Shown piece after piece: positions 7,772 to 18,233 of a DNA stretch of 64,000 nt. A program made the translations under genes and the position numbers. The DNA is from Candidatus Eiseniibacteriota bacterium (GTDB taxonomy: Bacteria; Eisenbacteria; RBG-16-71-46; JABDJR01). Position 1 is the first letter of the stretch; the number at the start of each line of letters is the position of its first letter. The notes beneath the pieces were generated by a model. That model was not told where the DNA came from, ran no database searches, and was given only the letters and a program-made list of their open reading frames with translations. Location: contig CAWANH010000029.1 of assembly GCA_963783375.1 (NCBI GenBank), positions 832,001 to 896,000 of the forward strand, written 5' to 3'.

Positions 7772-10477
7772 TCAGTGGATCTCCGCCCAGTTCGCCCCCA
7801 CCCCCACGTTGACCACCACCGGGACGTCCAGGTCCAGCGCCCCTTCCATGGTCTCGCGCACCGCCCGCCCGAGCGCCTCCGCCTCCGCCTTCGGGCACTC
7901 CAGGACCAGCTCGTCGTGAACCTGGAGAAGGAGGTTGGCCCGGAGCTTCTCCGCAGCGAGCCGCCGGTCGAGATGGATCATGGCCACCTTGATGAGATCG
8001 GCGGCCGAACCCTGGACCGGGGTGTTGATGGCCAGCCGCTCCCCCGCCGCCCGCGCCGCCGCGCTCTTCAGCCGGAGCGCCGGGATGTAGCGCCGGCGGC
8101 CCAGCAGGGTGGTGACATACCCGGTGCGCCGCGCCTCCTCCAGCACCCCGTCCAGATAGGCGATGACCCCGGCGTACTGGGTCTTGTAGTTCCGGATGAA
8201 GGCGGCCGCCTCGTCGGTGGGGATGCCCAGCGTCCGGGCCAGGCCGTAGGGGCCCTGGCCGTAGAGAACGCCGAAATTCACCGTCTTGGCCTGGCCGCGC
8301 TGAAGCTCGGTGACCTCCCCCGGTGCCACCCCGAAAATGCGGGCCGCGGTATCCCGGTGGACGTCCTCCCCGTCGCGGAAGGCCTGGACCAGGGCGGGGT
8401 CCCCGCTCAGGTGGGCCATGATCCGGAGCTCGATCTGGGAGTAGTCGGCGGAGAGGAGCACCCATCCCTTCTCCCCGGGCACGAAGGCGCGGCGCACCTC
8501 CTTCCCCAGGGGCGTGCGGATGGGAATGTTCTGGAGGTTGGGATCCGAAGAGGAGAGCCGGCCGGTGGCGGCCACGGTCTGGTTGAACGAGGCATGGACC
8601 CGCCCGGTCTCGGGATGGATCATCGCGGGGAGGGTGTCCACGTAGGTCGACTTGAGCTTGGCCACCTGGCGGTAGTCGAGGACCGCTCGCGGGAGCTCAT
8701 GGTAGGGACTGAGGCTCTCCAGGACCTCGATGTCGGTGGACCAGCCGGTCTTGGTGCGCTTCCCATGGGGGAGCGCCAGCCTGACGAAGAGCACGTCGGC
8801 GAGCTGCTTCGGCGAGTTCACGTTGAACTCGACCTCGGCCAGTTCCTGGCACCTGGTCTCCAGCCGCCGGAGTTCCCCCTCCAGCCGCCCGCTCATCTCG
8901 CGGAGGAAGGGCACGTCCAGGGCCATGCCGGTTCGCTCCATCTTCATGAGCACGTGCATGAGCGGCATCTCCACGTCCCGGAAGAGCGGGGTCAGCTCGG
9001 CCTGATCCAGCTTGGGGGCGAGAGCCGCGCGAAGCCGGAGGGTCATATCCGCGTCCTCGGCGGCGTAGGTGGCCGCGGTCCCCGCGTCCACCTGGGCCAT
9101 GGAGATCTGCTTGGCGCCCTTCCCGATGAGATCGGTGATCGGGATCATGGCGTGGTCGAGCTTCTCCCGGGCCAGGTCGTCGAGCTTGTGGGAGCCGTCG
9201 GGGTCCAGAAGATACGAGGCGATCATGGTGTCGAAGGCGGCCCCGCCCACCTCGAAGCCCGCGCGCTCGAGAACCAGGAGATCGTACTTGGCGTGATGGA
9301 GGACCTTGGGGACGTCCGGGTCGGCCAGGACCGGTCCCAGCACCCGTTTCACCTCGGCCGGATCCAGGGGCGCGGCGCCCTCGGTGTGGCCCACGTTCAC
9401 GTACCAGGCCTCCCCGGGGCCGGCGGCCAGGGCGATCCCCACCAGCTCCGCCCGCATCGGGTCCACCGAGGTCGTCTCGGTGTCCACCGCGATCCCCTCG
9501 CGATTCCCCCGGAGCCGGTCGGCCAGCGCGGACAGCGCGCCCGGGTCGCTGACCAGATCATAGGCGTTGGCCTTGCCGAACAGGTCCGGGGCGCGTTCGT
9601 CCCCCAAACCCAGCTCCCGGCGGAGCCGGGAAAACCCGAGGCCATCCAGGAGGTCGGCGAGCCTTCGGCCTCCGGGGCGCCGGGCGGCCAGGGCGTCGAG
9701 ACCCAGGGGCAGCTCGAGATCGGTCCGGATGGTCACCAGGTTCCGGGCCTGCATCGCGGTTTCGCGGTGCTCCTCGAGCTTCCGGCGCTGGTTGGCGGAG
9801 AGCTGATCGAGGTTCGCGTACAGGCCTTCCAGGTTCCCGAACCGGGTGATCAGCTTCCCGGCGGTCTTGGGCCCGATCCCCGGCACTCCGGGCACGTTGT
9901 CGCTGGTGTCCCCGGTCAGCGCGAGCACGTCCACCACCTGTCCGGGCTCGGTCACCCCGAACTTCTCGGGAATGTCGTCGGGGCCGAGCACCCGGGCCTC
10001 CACCGCCGAGGAGCCGCCCCGTCCCGGATTCAGGATCCGCACGTGCTGCCCCAGGATCTGGTAGAAGTCCTTGTCCCCGGTCACCGCCAGCACCTCGAGA
10101 TCGGGACCGGCGAGCTGAACGGCGTAGGATCCGATCACGTCGTCCGCCTCCACCCCGCCCTCGATCACCAGGGCGCAGGGCCAGGCTTCCACCAGCTCCT
10201 TGACGCGGGGAATCTGCGCCCGCAGATCCTCCGGCATCTCGGCCCGGTTCGCCTTGTACTCGGGGTAGATCTCGTTCCGGAACGTCGGGCCGGGGGGATC
10301 CAGCACCACCGCCAGGTAGTCCGGCTTCTCCTGCTGCACCAGAAACTGCAGGGTGTTGGCGAAGCCGAACACCGCCCCCACCGGCTCCCCTGAGGGATCG
10401 GTTAGCCCGGTCTTCAGCAGGCCGAAAAACGCGCGATAGAGGAGCGCGGTGCCGTCGAGGAGATAGAGTTTCTTCAT
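7772..10477 (-). CDS. polA: DNA polymerase I
   Basis: 5'-3' exonuclease (LLDG, EADD, GDKD, GIGPKTA), DTET 3'-5' exonuclease, TGRLSS, DYSQIELR, QVHDEL. Confidence 0.98.
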   Translation of the reverse strand: MKKLYLLDGTALLYRAFFGLLKTGLTDPSGEPVGAVFGFANTLQFLVQQEKPDYLAVVLDPPGPTFRNEIYPEYKANRAEMPEDLRAQIPRVKELVEAWPCALVIEGGVEADDVIGSYAVQLAGPDLEVLAVTGDKDFYQILGQHVRILNPGRGGSSAVEARVLGPDDIPEKFGVTEPGQVVDVLALTGDTSDNVPGVPGIGPKTAGKLITRFGNLEGLYANLDQLSANQRRKLEEHRETAMQARNLVTIRTDLELPLGLDALAARRPGGRRLADLLDGLGFSRLRRELGLGDERAPDLFGKANAYDLVSDPGALSALADRLRGNREGIAVDTETTSVDPMRAELVGIALAAGPGEAWYVNVGHTEGAAPLDPAEVKRVLGPVLADPDVPKVLHHAKYDLLVLERAGFEVGGAAFDTMIASYLLDPDGSHKLDDLAREKLDHAMIPITDLIGKGAKQISMAQVDAGTAATYAAEDADMTLRLRAALAPKLDQAELTPLFRDVEMPLMHVLMKMERTGMALDVPFLREMSGRLEGELRRLETRCQELAEVEFNVNSPKQLADVLFVRLALPHGKRTKTGWSTDIEVLESLSPYHELPRAVLDYRQVAKLKSTYVDTLPAMIHPETGRVHASFNQTVAATGRLSSSDPNLQNIPIRTPLGKEVRRAFVPGEKGWVLLSADYSQIELRIMAHLSGDPALVQAFRDGEDVHRDTAARIFGVAPGEVTELQRGQAKTVNFGVLYGQGPYGLARTLGIPTDEAAAFIRNYKTQYAGVIAYLDGVLEEARRTGYVTTLLGRRRYIPALRLKSAAARAAGERLAINTPVQGSAADLIKVAMIHLDRRLAAEKLRANLLLQVHDELVLECPKAEAEALGRAVRETMEGALDLDVPVVVNVGVGANWAEIH

Positions 10478-10537
10478 GGGCCGCCGATGGAAACGGGGGC
10501 CGGAGGGCGGCGGGTCCCGCCCGATTCAGCCCCCGGA

Positions 10538-11131
10538 CTACGTCTTCCGGTAGAGTCCGTGATTCGAGATATACACCGCCACCGGCCCCGGGACCAGATG
10601 CCGGATATCGAGCCCGGTCGCCACCCGCCGCCTCACCTCCGAGGAGGAAATGGCGAAGGGGTTTCCCTCCACCATCCGGCACCGGGCGGCGAGGGCCGGG
10701 TCCACCCCTCCCCGGTCGAGCCCGGGCCGATTGACCGCGATCAATCGGTTCTCTCCGAGGATCCGCTCCGGTTCACGCCAGGTGGGAAGGTCGCGGAGGC
10801 TGTCGAGACCCAGGATGAAGTGGATCTCCGCCTGGGGCCGCTCCGCCCGGATCCGGCTCAGGGTGTCCACGGTATAGCGGGGGCCCCCCACCTCCAGCTC
10901 GAGGGTGGAGATCGCGGTTCGGGGCTCGGCGGCCAGCGCCTCCCCCAGCATGGCCAGACGGCGCTCCCCGGAGCTCAGGACCCGGTCCGGCTTGTGGGGC
11001 GGGCGCGCGGCGGGGACGAAGAGAACCTCGTCCAGGTCAGCGGCCTCCCGGGCGAGGAGCGCCACGTGGAGGTGGCCCCAGTGAACGGGATCGAAGCTCC
11101 CCCCGTAGACTCCCAACCGGCCCGAACTCAC
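10538..11131 (-). CDS. nadD: Nicotinate-nucleotide adenylyltransferase
   Basis: GGSFDPVHWGH, PPHK, YTVDTL, ISSSEVR; GTGA overlap with bamD. Confidence 0.93.
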   Translation of the reverse strand: MSSGRLGVYGGSFDPVHWGHLHVALLAREAADLDEVLFVPAARPPHKPDRVLSSGERRLAMLGEALAAEPRTAISTLELEVGGPRYTVDTLSRIRAERPQAEIHFILGLDSLRDLPTWREPERILGENRLIAVNRPGLDRGGVDPALAARCRMVEGNPFAISSSEVRRRVATGLDIRHLVPGPVAVYISNHGLYRKT

Positions 11132-11991
11132 GGTCGGGCCGTGGCGGACCTCGATGAATCCGCGGGGGCCCCCTCCGACGGCGCCCCTCCGTGATCGCGG
11201 GCGTCGGCGAGGAGGTCCTCGGCGGAGCCCACGTCGTCTCCGGCGGGATACTGGTCCAGATATTTCCGGGCCCACGTGGCAACCCCCGCCCAGTCCTTGG
11301 ATTTCTTGTAGCTCTCCGCCATGCCGAGCACCGCCCGCGGTCCCCAGGGCGTGTCCGCGTATTCGGCCAGCACCTTCTGCTCGAAGTAGAACCGGGCCGC
11401 CCGCTGGTCGCCGAGCTTCCGGTACAGGGCGCCGTTCCGATAGGCCTTCTCCGCCAGCCGGGTGCGGATGTCGAAGATGTGCCCCCGGGCGCGGTCGGCC
11501 AGTTCGTTGTCGCGGCAGCGGCTCAAGAAGCTCCGGAACTGCACCAGGGCGGACTCGGTCTCGGTCTGATCGAGCTGGGCGGGCCGGGCCTGGGAAAGGA
11601 GGGCCAGGCCGAGGTGATAGGAGGCGTCGCAGGCGAAGGGGCTGTCCGGATACTCCCGGATGACCCGCCGGAAGCGATCCTCGGCTTCAAGGTATTCGCC
11701 TTCCTCGTAGTAGCACCGGGCGGCGAGGAAGATGGCCTCGTCGGCGTACCGGCTCCCGGGGCGATCGGCCAGGAGCTGCTTCAACACCAGAAGGGCCTGG
11801 GGATAATCCTCGTTCTGGACCGCGTTGCGCGCTTCCTCGATCCGCGAAGTTTCTCCGGCGGGGATCTTGGGCACGCTCGCGCACCCCGCGGCGGACAACG
11901 CCGCGACCACCAGCGCGAAGGCGAGTAGGTTGGTGGACCGGCGGCCGCGCACGGCCGGCCCGATCCTCTGCGCGATCTGCATGGAACTCAA
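11128..11991 (-). CDS. bamD: Outer-membrane assembly lipoprotein BamD (TPR)
   Basis: Lipobox SAAGC, TPR repeats, LDQTET..A..F..F, RLAEKAY..G..Y; start may be ATG 11982. Confidence 0.85.
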   Translation of the reverse strand: MSSMQIAQRIGPAVRGRRSTNLLAFALVVAALSAAGCASVPKIPAGETSRIEEARNAVQNEDYPQALLVLKQLLADRPGSRYADEAIFLAARCYYEEGEYLEAEDRFRRVIREYPDSPFACDASYHLGLALLSQARPAQLDQTETESALVQFRSFLSRCRDNELADRARGHIFDIRTRLAEKAYRNGALYRKLGDQRAARFYFEQKVLAEYADTPWGPRAVLGMAESYKKSKDWAGVATWARKYLDQYPAGDDVGSAEDLLADARDHGGAPSEGAPADSSRSATARP

Positions 11992-12866
11992 TTCTGGTTG
12001 GTGTAGAAGAGGTAGATTAGCCCGGCCACGATGCCGGTGACCAGCGCCGGCTCCACCAGGCTCCCCAGCCCGTGGGTCTCCAGGGTGGGCTTGGTGAACG
12101 GAAAGTCCCTCCCCTCGAGGAGCGGCAGCTTCCCCGCCGGAACCACGTCGATCCGCTCGGTGTCCCCGTTTCCCACCCAGATCACGTCTTCCCGTTTTCC
12201 CTTGAGGAGGTTGGCATAGAGGCTCACCGCGGCCAGGCGCTGGACCTTTCGGGATCCGAGGGGACTGCGTTTGTGCGATTCGGGATAAAGAATGCTGAAT
12301 TCGGCGACCCGGTAGCGGAAGACCAGGTCGTCCGGGCCGACCGGCGTGCTCGCTACGGCGATTTCCGGCTCGGGCTCCATCGTCTTCTTCCGCTCCGCCA
12401 CCGCGGCTTTGGCCCCCCGGGCGGCGGCGGCCAGCGCCGACGACGAGTTCGGTGGAGTGGTGGAGGTCGGAGCAGCCTCGGAGGTCCCGGCGGTGTCGGC
12501 GGGCCCGGTCGATCCCGGAGCCGGCTCCGGAAACTCCGGTCCCACCACCGGTGCCGCCTTCAGGTAGGCTGAGTAGCCGGCCTGGGTGAGCCGGGAGAGG
12601 AGCAGGTTCTCCACGAACCAGTTCGCCTCGTGGGCGGACGCGGGCTCCACCAGCAGGGTGGCCCCGGGAGGGGCGTTGAATCCCATGAGGAGCCTGGTCA
12701 CCGCGGCGTTGGCCGCCTCCGAGAGCATGGCGAGGTTGGTGGGGTAGGACTGCGTCACCGCCGTTTCCAGATCCTGGGCGAAGGCGCTCCGCCCCGCTCC
12801 CAGCGCAAGGAGGGCCGGGAGGGCGATCGCGGAGATCACGTGCCGTCGAAGGGAAAATCTCGTCAT
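11988..12866 (-). CDS. Exported hypothetical protein with C-terminal membrane anchor
   Basis: Signal peptide (..GRSAFA-Q), Pro/Ala/Thr-rich insert, C-terminal EPALVTGIVAGLIYLFY; ATGA overlap with rimO. Confidence 0.75.
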   Translation of the reverse strand: MTRFSLRRHVISAIALPALLALGAGRSAFAQDLETAVTQSYPTNLAMLSEAANAAVTRLLMGFNAPPGATLLVEPASAHEANWFVENLLLSRLTQAGYSAYLKAAPVVGPEFPEPAPGSTGPADTAGTSEAAPTSTTPPNSSSALAAAARGAKAAVAERKKTMEPEPEIAVASTPVGPDDLVFRYRVAEFSILYPESHKRSPLGSRKVQRLAAVSLYANLLKGKREDVIWVGNGDTERIDVVPAGKLPLLEGRDFPFTKPTLETHGLGSLVEPALVTGIVAGLIYLFYTNQN

Positions 12867-14239
12867 TCGATCGTCTCCACCGCGGCCGGCGCGACCACGG
12901 GATGCGGTTCGAGGCTCACTCCCACCAGATCGTAGGCGTCGGCGCCGGTGATCTTCACCGGGTAGAACTCCCCGGCCAGGAGGCCGGTTCCCGCCACCCG
13001 CACGCACCCGTCCACTTCCGGGGCTTCGCGGACGCTCCGGCCCCGGGCCGGGCGCCCCCCCTCCCCCGGCTCCTCGATCAACACCTCGAGGGTCTTTCCC
13101 ACCTGGGACCGGTTCACCGCCAGGCTCGTCAGCCCCTGGCGGGCGAGGAGCCGGTGGGTGCGCTCCTCGATCACCTCGGGGGGCACCGGGTCCGGCAAGC
13201 GCGAGGCGGCCGCGGTGTCCTCGGAGGAAAAGGGGAAAGCCACCAGCTTGTCGAATCGCGCCCACTCCAGGAACTCCAGGAGCTCCTCGAAATCGCCGTC
13301 GGTCTCACCCGGAAACCCCACGATCACGTTGGTCCGGAGCGCGATGCCCGGCACCCGCTCCCTGAGCGTCCGGACCAGGTCCACGACGGTCTCTTTCCCG
13401 GTGTGGCGCCCCATGCGCTTGAGCATGGAATCCGCGATGTGCTGGATCGGCATGTCGGCGTAGGGGACGATCTTCTCCGCCGTGGCCACGGCGTCGATCA
13501 ACTCCCGCGTCCAATAGAAGGGGTTGGCGTACATCAGGCGGATCCATCGGACCCCCTCCACCCCGTCAAGCTCCCGGAGGAGCGGCGCGAGCTCGGGTCG
13601 TCCGGACCGGTCGATCCCGTAGGCGGTCAGATCCTGGGCGATCAGCACCAGCTCCCTGGCGCCGTTTTCGGCCAGCACGCGGGCCTCGGCCACGATGTTG
13701 CCGATGGAGCGGGAGCGTTGTCCGCCCCGGAGCTGGGGGATGATGCAGAAGGTGCACTTGGCGTCGCACCCTTCGGAGAGCTTCAGGAAGGGCGAGACCG
13801 GCCCGGTGGAGAGCACCCGGGAGGCGGGATCGCCGTATACCAGGTCCACGTCGTCCGCGGTCGCGGTGTACCCCTTCCTGCCCGGGGCCAGGAGACCGTT
13901 CACCACCTCCACCACCCGTCCCACCTCGCCGGTCCCCATGATCGCGTCCACCTCGGGGATCTCGGCCAAAAGCTGGTCCCGGTACCGGTCGGACAGGCAG
14001 CCCGCCACGACGAGCTTCTTGAGACGTCCATCGGTCTTCATGCGGGCCACCTCGAGGATGGTCTCGATGGACTCCTCGACCGCGCTCTGGAGGAAGGCGC
14101 AGGTGTTGACCACCGCGGCGTCCGCCTCGGCCAGATCGGCGGTGCTGACGAAACCCGCCCGGTCGAGCCGGCCGAGCATGACCTCGGAGTCCACCTGGTT
14201 CTTGGGGCAGCCGAGGGTGACAAAAGCGATTCGGGTCAT
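12863..14239 (-). CDS. rimO: Ribosomal protein S12 methylthiotransferase
   Basis: LGCPKNQVDSE, NTCAF, CDAKCTFC, APEVDG TRAM domain. Confidence 0.96.
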   Translation of the reverse strand: MTRIAFVTLGCPKNQVDSEVMLGRLDRAGFVSTADLAEADAAVVNTCAFLQSAVEESIETILEVARMKTDGRLKKLVVAGCLSDRYRDQLLAEIPEVDAIMGTGEVGRVVEVVNGLLAPGRKGYTATADDVDLVYGDPASRVLSTGPVSPFLKLSEGCDAKCTFCIIPQLRGGQRSRSIGNIVAEARVLAENGARELVLIAQDLTAYGIDRSGRPELAPLLRELDGVEGVRWIRLMYANPFYWTRELIDAVATAEKIVPYADMPIQHIADSMLKRMGRHTGKETVVDLVRTLRERVPGIALRTNVIVGFPGETDGDFEELLEFLEWARFDKLVAFPFSSEDTAAASRLPDPVPPEVIEERTHRLLARQGLTSLAVNRSQVGKTLEVLIEEPGEGGRPARGRSVREAPEVDGCVRVAGTGLLAGEFYPVKITGADAYDLVGVSLEPHPVVAPAAVETIE

Positions 14240-14285
14240 GAAAGTCCATTCAGGGCAAGAGATGGGGGGGGCGGTGGGATCGGCC

Positions 14286-16832
14286 TCACTCGTCGCGGCC
14301 GGCCAGGACGTGCTCCAGGCGCACCTCGTCCACCAGCACCTCGCGGGCCTTGCTCCCATCCTGGGGAGCCACCACCCCGGCCCCTTCGAGCATGTCCACG
14401 ATTCGGGCCGCACGAGCATAGCCTACTTTGAGCCGGCGTTGAAGCAGGGAGGCGGAGGCCTGGCCTGCCGCCACCACCAGCCGCGCCGCATCCTCGAACA
14501 GGGGGTCGTCCCCCAGGCCCCCGGTTCCCGACTCCGGATCGGCCATCGCCGCCTCCAGCTCGGGATGGGCCTCGGGCTTCCCCTGGTCCCGCCAGGCCTC
14601 GGCCAGGCGCTGGGTCTCGGACTCCGACACGAACGCTCCGTGGACCCGGACCGGGGCGGCCTGGCCGGGGGGGAGGAAGAGCATGTCCCCCTTTCCCAGC
14701 AGGGACTCCGCCCCGTTCTGGTCGAGGATGGTGCGGCTGTCGGTGCGCGAGGCCACCTGGAAGGCGATCCGGGCGGGGAAGTTGGCCTTGATCACCCCGG
14801 TGATCACGTCCACCGAGGGCCGCTGGGTGGCCACGATCAGGTGGATCCCCACCGCGCGCGCGGTCTGGGCCAGGCGGGCGATCGGCTCCTCCACTTCCTT
14901 GCCGCTGGTGATCATGAGGTCGGCCAGCTCGTCGATCAGGACCACGATGTAGGGGAGCTTCTCCTCCCCCTCGCTCACCGGCCCTTCCTTGTCCATCTTG
15001 ATGTTGTAGCTCCCGATGTTCCGGCAACCCCGGGCGGAGAGCACCCGGTAGCGGCGCTCCATCTCCAGGAGGAGCCACTTGAGGCTCCGAGCGGCCAGAC
15101 GGGGATCGGTCACCACCTCGGTGAGGAGATGGGGGATCCCGTTGTACATGGGAAGCTCCAGCATCTTGGGATCGACCATGAGGAGCCGTAGCTCGTCGGG
15201 GCTCCGCTTGAGGAGCAGGCTCGTGATGAGGGCGTTCATGCACACGCTCTTCCCCGAGCCGGTGGTCCCGGCGATGAGCAGGTGCGGCATGCGCGAGAGC
15301 TCCGTGATGAGCGGCGCGCCGCCGATGTCCTTCCCCAGCGCGAGGGGAAGCGGTCCCGAGGCCTCGCGAAACGCGTGGGTCTCCAGGAGCCGCCGGAGGA
15401 AGATGGGCGCGGGGTTCCGGTTCGGCACCTCGATCCCCACCGCCGCCTTGCCGGGGATGGGAGCGATGATCCGGATCCGGCTGGCCCGAAGCTTCAAAGC
15501 CAGGTCGTCCTGGCGGTTCAGGATCTGGTTCACCCGCACCCCCGGCCCCGGGGCGTACTCGTAGCGGGTGATGACCGGCCCGGGATGGACCTCCCCCACC
15601 CGTCCCGCCACCCCGAACTCACTGAGGGTGTCGGTGAGGATGCGGGAGTTCTCCAGGAGCTCGGACTCGGCCACCGGCGGGCCGACTTCGGGGACGTCGT
15701 CCAGGATCCCCGTGGTGGGAAGCACCATCTTTCCCCGGACCGAGGCGAGGACGCCGGCCGTGGTCTTCCGCCCCTCCCGGGCATGGCGGCGGGCCTCGAG
15801 CACCGCGTCTTCCACGTCCTTGGACTGGACGTCCACCGGGCCGCGGGCCCGAAGGAAAGCCGCCGCCTCACCGGACGTCGTCGCGGAGGCGGTGACGGGG
15901 GTCGGCGGTCGAGCCGCCGCCGGTTGCCGGGGCGGAGCCTCCTCGCGGTCCGGATCCACGATCCGGGGGGAAAACGCCGGCTCCTCCGAGGCGGCGGCGC
16001 GGGACGGCGCCGGACGGGCGGGCTCCTCGTCCGCCTCCCCCTCCATCGCCCCGGACTCCCAGGGGCGATCCTTGATCCAGCGCGCCAGCGCGATCGTTCC
16101 GTGGACCAGTCCCCGGGCGGCGGCGCGCAGCCCCCGCCAGGCCAGGACGCTCCCCCGCTGAAGCCCCCACGCGCCCCACACTCCGAGGAACCGCCCCGTC
16201 CGCCCCAGACCCACCAGGAACGCCCGGGTGAAGGTTCCCCAGCGTCCGTCCCAGGCCTCGGCTTCGAGAAGAAAGAACCCCACCGCGGCCACCCCCAGGA
16301 CCAGGATGCCCCCCACCGGACCCACCAGCCCGTGAACCCCGTTCCAGATCCCCGTCCCCAGGGCGCCTCCCCAGGTGTGCCCCCCGCCGGCGGCGGCGGC
16401 CACGGCGGCCACGGTGAGGATCAGGGGCAGCGCGACCAGGCTCCGCAGGATGGGCCGGCGCACCGGCAACACCCCGAGCCGGTTCCACCCCCACCCCAGG
16501 AGCAGGGCCGGCGCCGACCAGGCCGCGCCCCAACCCAGGATCTTCAGGGCGGCGGTCGCGCACCACACGCCGAGCCCGCCGCCGGCGTTGTGATAAAGAC
16601 CGGACAGAAGGCCGGTGGGCGCGCCGGCGGGGAAGTTCGCGAAGGCGGAGATGCGGCCGGCCAGGAAGGGGAGGAAGACCTCGCGGCGCTCGAAGGCGGT
16701 CCGGTAGGCCGCGGCGTCGAAGGACAGGAGCGCGGCGGTGAGGAAAAGGCCGAGGGCGAAGAGCCCCAGCCCCGTCCACCGCGACAGCCGGTGTTTGCGG
16801 GCGGTTCCCGAGCCCCGTCGCTTCTGCGCCAT
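14286..16832 (-). CDS. ftsK: DNA translocase FtsK
   Basis: N-terminal TM segments, GTTGSGKS, IDELADL, ATQRPS, gamma domain LQRRLKVGYARAAR. Confidence 0.96.
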   Translation of the reverse strand: MAQKRRGSGTARKHRLSRWTGLGLFALGLFLTAALLSFDAAAYRTAFERREVFLPFLAGRISAFANFPAGAPTGLLSGLYHNAGGGLGVWCATAALKILGWGAAWSAPALLLGWGWNRLGVLPVRRPILRSLVALPLILTVAAVAAAAGGGHTWGGALGTGIWNGVHGLVGPVGGILVLGVAAVGFFLLEAEAWDGRWGTFTRAFLVGLGRTGRFLGVWGAWGLQRGSVLAWRGLRAAARGLVHGTIALARWIKDRPWESGAMEGEADEEPARPAPSRAAASEEPAFSPRIVDPDREEAPPRQPAAARPPTPVTASATTSGEAAAFLRARGPVDVQSKDVEDAVLEARRHAREGRKTTAGVLASVRGKMVLPTTGILDDVPEVGPPVAESELLENSRILTDTLSEFGVAGRVGEVHPGPVITRYEYAPGPGVRVNQILNRQDDLALKLRASRIRIIAPIPGKAAVGIEVPNRNPAPIFLRRLLETHAFREASGPLPLALGKDIGGAPLITELSRMPHLLIAGTTGSGKSVCMNALITSLLLKRSPDELRLLMVDPKMLELPMYNGIPHLLTEVVTDPRLAARSLKWLLLEMERRYRVLSARGCRNIGSYNIKMDKEGPVSEGEEKLPYIVVLIDELADLMITSGKEVEEPIARLAQTARAVGIHLIVATQRPSVDVITGVIKANFPARIAFQVASRTDSRTILDQNGAESLLGKGDMLFLPPGQAAPVRVHGAFVSESETQRLAEAWRDQGKPEAHPELEAAMADPESGTGGLGDDPLFEDAARLVVAAGQASASLLQRRLKVGYARAARIVDMLEGAGVVAPQDGSKAREVLVDEVRLEHVLAGRDE

Positions 16833-16998
16833 AGTGCCCTCCGGGGCGGCCCGGGAAGGCCCCGGCGCCGCCTTCAGCAGAAGCCGGCCGCGCTCCGGCA
16901 GGATGTCCGCGCCGGGTCCGGGGAGATCACCCACCCCGCTCCCCGCGCCGGCCCGAAACGCGTTCGTTCCGGGCCCCGGCCCCCGCTTCGCGGCGGCC

Positions 16999-18150
16999 TC
17001 ACACGAGTTTCTTGATCTCCTCCACCCGGTTCGTGTCTTCCCAGGTGAAACCGGGCTCCTTCCGGCCGAAGTGGCCGTAGGCCGCGGTGCGGGCGAAGAT
17101 CGGCCGGCGCAGATCGAGGGCCTCGATGATGGCCTTGGGGCGCAGGTCGAATACCTTGCGTACGACCTCGGTGAACCGCTCGTCCGGGATCTTCCCGGTT
17201 CCGAAGGTATTTACCATGACCGAAACCGGGTCGGCCACCCCGATCGCGTAGGCCAGCTGGACTTCCGCCCGCTCGGCCAGCCCCGCGGCCACCAGGTTCT
17301 TGGCCACCCAGCGGGCGGCGTAGGAGGCGGAGCGGTCCACCTTCGAGGGGTCCTTGCCGCTGAACGCGCCGCCCCCATGGCTCCCCACACCGCCGTAGGT
17401 ATCCACGATGATCTTCCGTCCGGTGAGACCGGTATCCGCCTTGGGGCCACCGTAGACGAAGCGACCGGTGGGGTTGATGTGGAAGGTGATCGGGTGCTTG
17501 GGGTCGATCATGTCCTTGGGGATCACGGGCAGGATCACCTCTTCACGGATGGCATCGCGCATCCGGGTCATCCCCGCCTCGTCCATGTCCCGGTGCTGGG
17601 TCGAGACCACCACGGTGTCGATCCGGACCGGGCGGAGCCCCTCGTACTCCACCGTGACCTGGCTCTTGCCGTCGGGCCGGAGAAAGTCCAGGACGTTGTT
17701 CTTCCGGAGGTCGGCCAGGCGGTGACAGAGCTGGTGGGCCAGGGTGATGGGAAGGGGCATCAGCTCCGGGGTCTCGTTGGAAGCGTATCCGAACATGAGC
17801 CCCTGGTCCCCGGCCCCGCCGGGATCCACTCCCATCGCGATGTCCCCGGACTGGTGGTCGATGGAGGTCATCACCGCGCAGGTCTCGTAGTCGAAGCCGT
17901 AGGAGGCGTCGTCGTAGCCGATCCGCTTGATGGTGGCCCGGACGATTTCGGGGATCTCGACGTAGGCGTCGGTCGAGATCTCGGCGGAGATGAAGGCCAG
18001 TCCGGTGGTGACCAGCGTCTCGCACGCCACGCGGCACATGGGATCCTCGGCGATGATCGCGTCGAGGATGCTGTCGGAAATCTGGTCCGAAATCTTGTCG
18101 GGATGACCTTCGGTCACCGACTCGGACGTGAACAGGTGGCGGTCCGCCAT
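16999..18150 (-). CDS. metK: S-adenosylmethionine synthetase
   Basis: [28 protein letters not shown]. Confidence 0.98.
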   Translation of the reverse strand: MADRHLFTSESVTEGHPDKISDQISDSILDAIIAEDPMCRVACETLVTTGLAFISAEISTDAYVEIPEIVRATIKRIGYDDASYGFDYETCAVMTSIDHQSGDIAMGVDPGGAGDQGLMFGYASNETPELMPLPITLAHQLCHRLADLRKNNVLDFLRPDGKSQVTVEYEGLRPVRIDTVVVSTQHRDMDEAGMTRMRDAIREEVILPVIPKDMIDPKHPITFHINPTGRFVYGGPKADTGLTGRKIIVDTYGGVGSHGGGAFSGKDPSKVDRSASYAARWVAKNLVAAGLAERAEVQLAYAIGVADPVSVMVNTFGTGKIPDERFTEVVRKVFDLRPKAIIEALDLRRPIFARTAAYGHFGRKEPGFTWEDTNRVEEIKKLV

Positions 18151-18198
18151 GGTTCTATGCTCCTTGAAATCAGCGGGTTGGATAAGCAGGGCGGAAAG

Positions 18199-18227
18199 AC
18201 TTTACCAGCAATACCGGGCTCCCACAA
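18199..18227 (-). promoter_or_regulatory. sigma70-type promoter for metK
   Basis: TTGTGG-N17-TAAAGT with extended -10 TG. Confidence 0.5.
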
Positions 18228-18233
18228 GCCGCC

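Noticed and set aside
7673-10393. 906-aa plus-strand ORF and many other long antisense ORFs (e.g. 23911-26076, 31287-33485, 34794-36704, 48403-50301, 52104-54764, 37948-40299)
   Set aside because: Shadow frames of recognisable genes in high-GC DNA; no protein motifs or RBS recognised.
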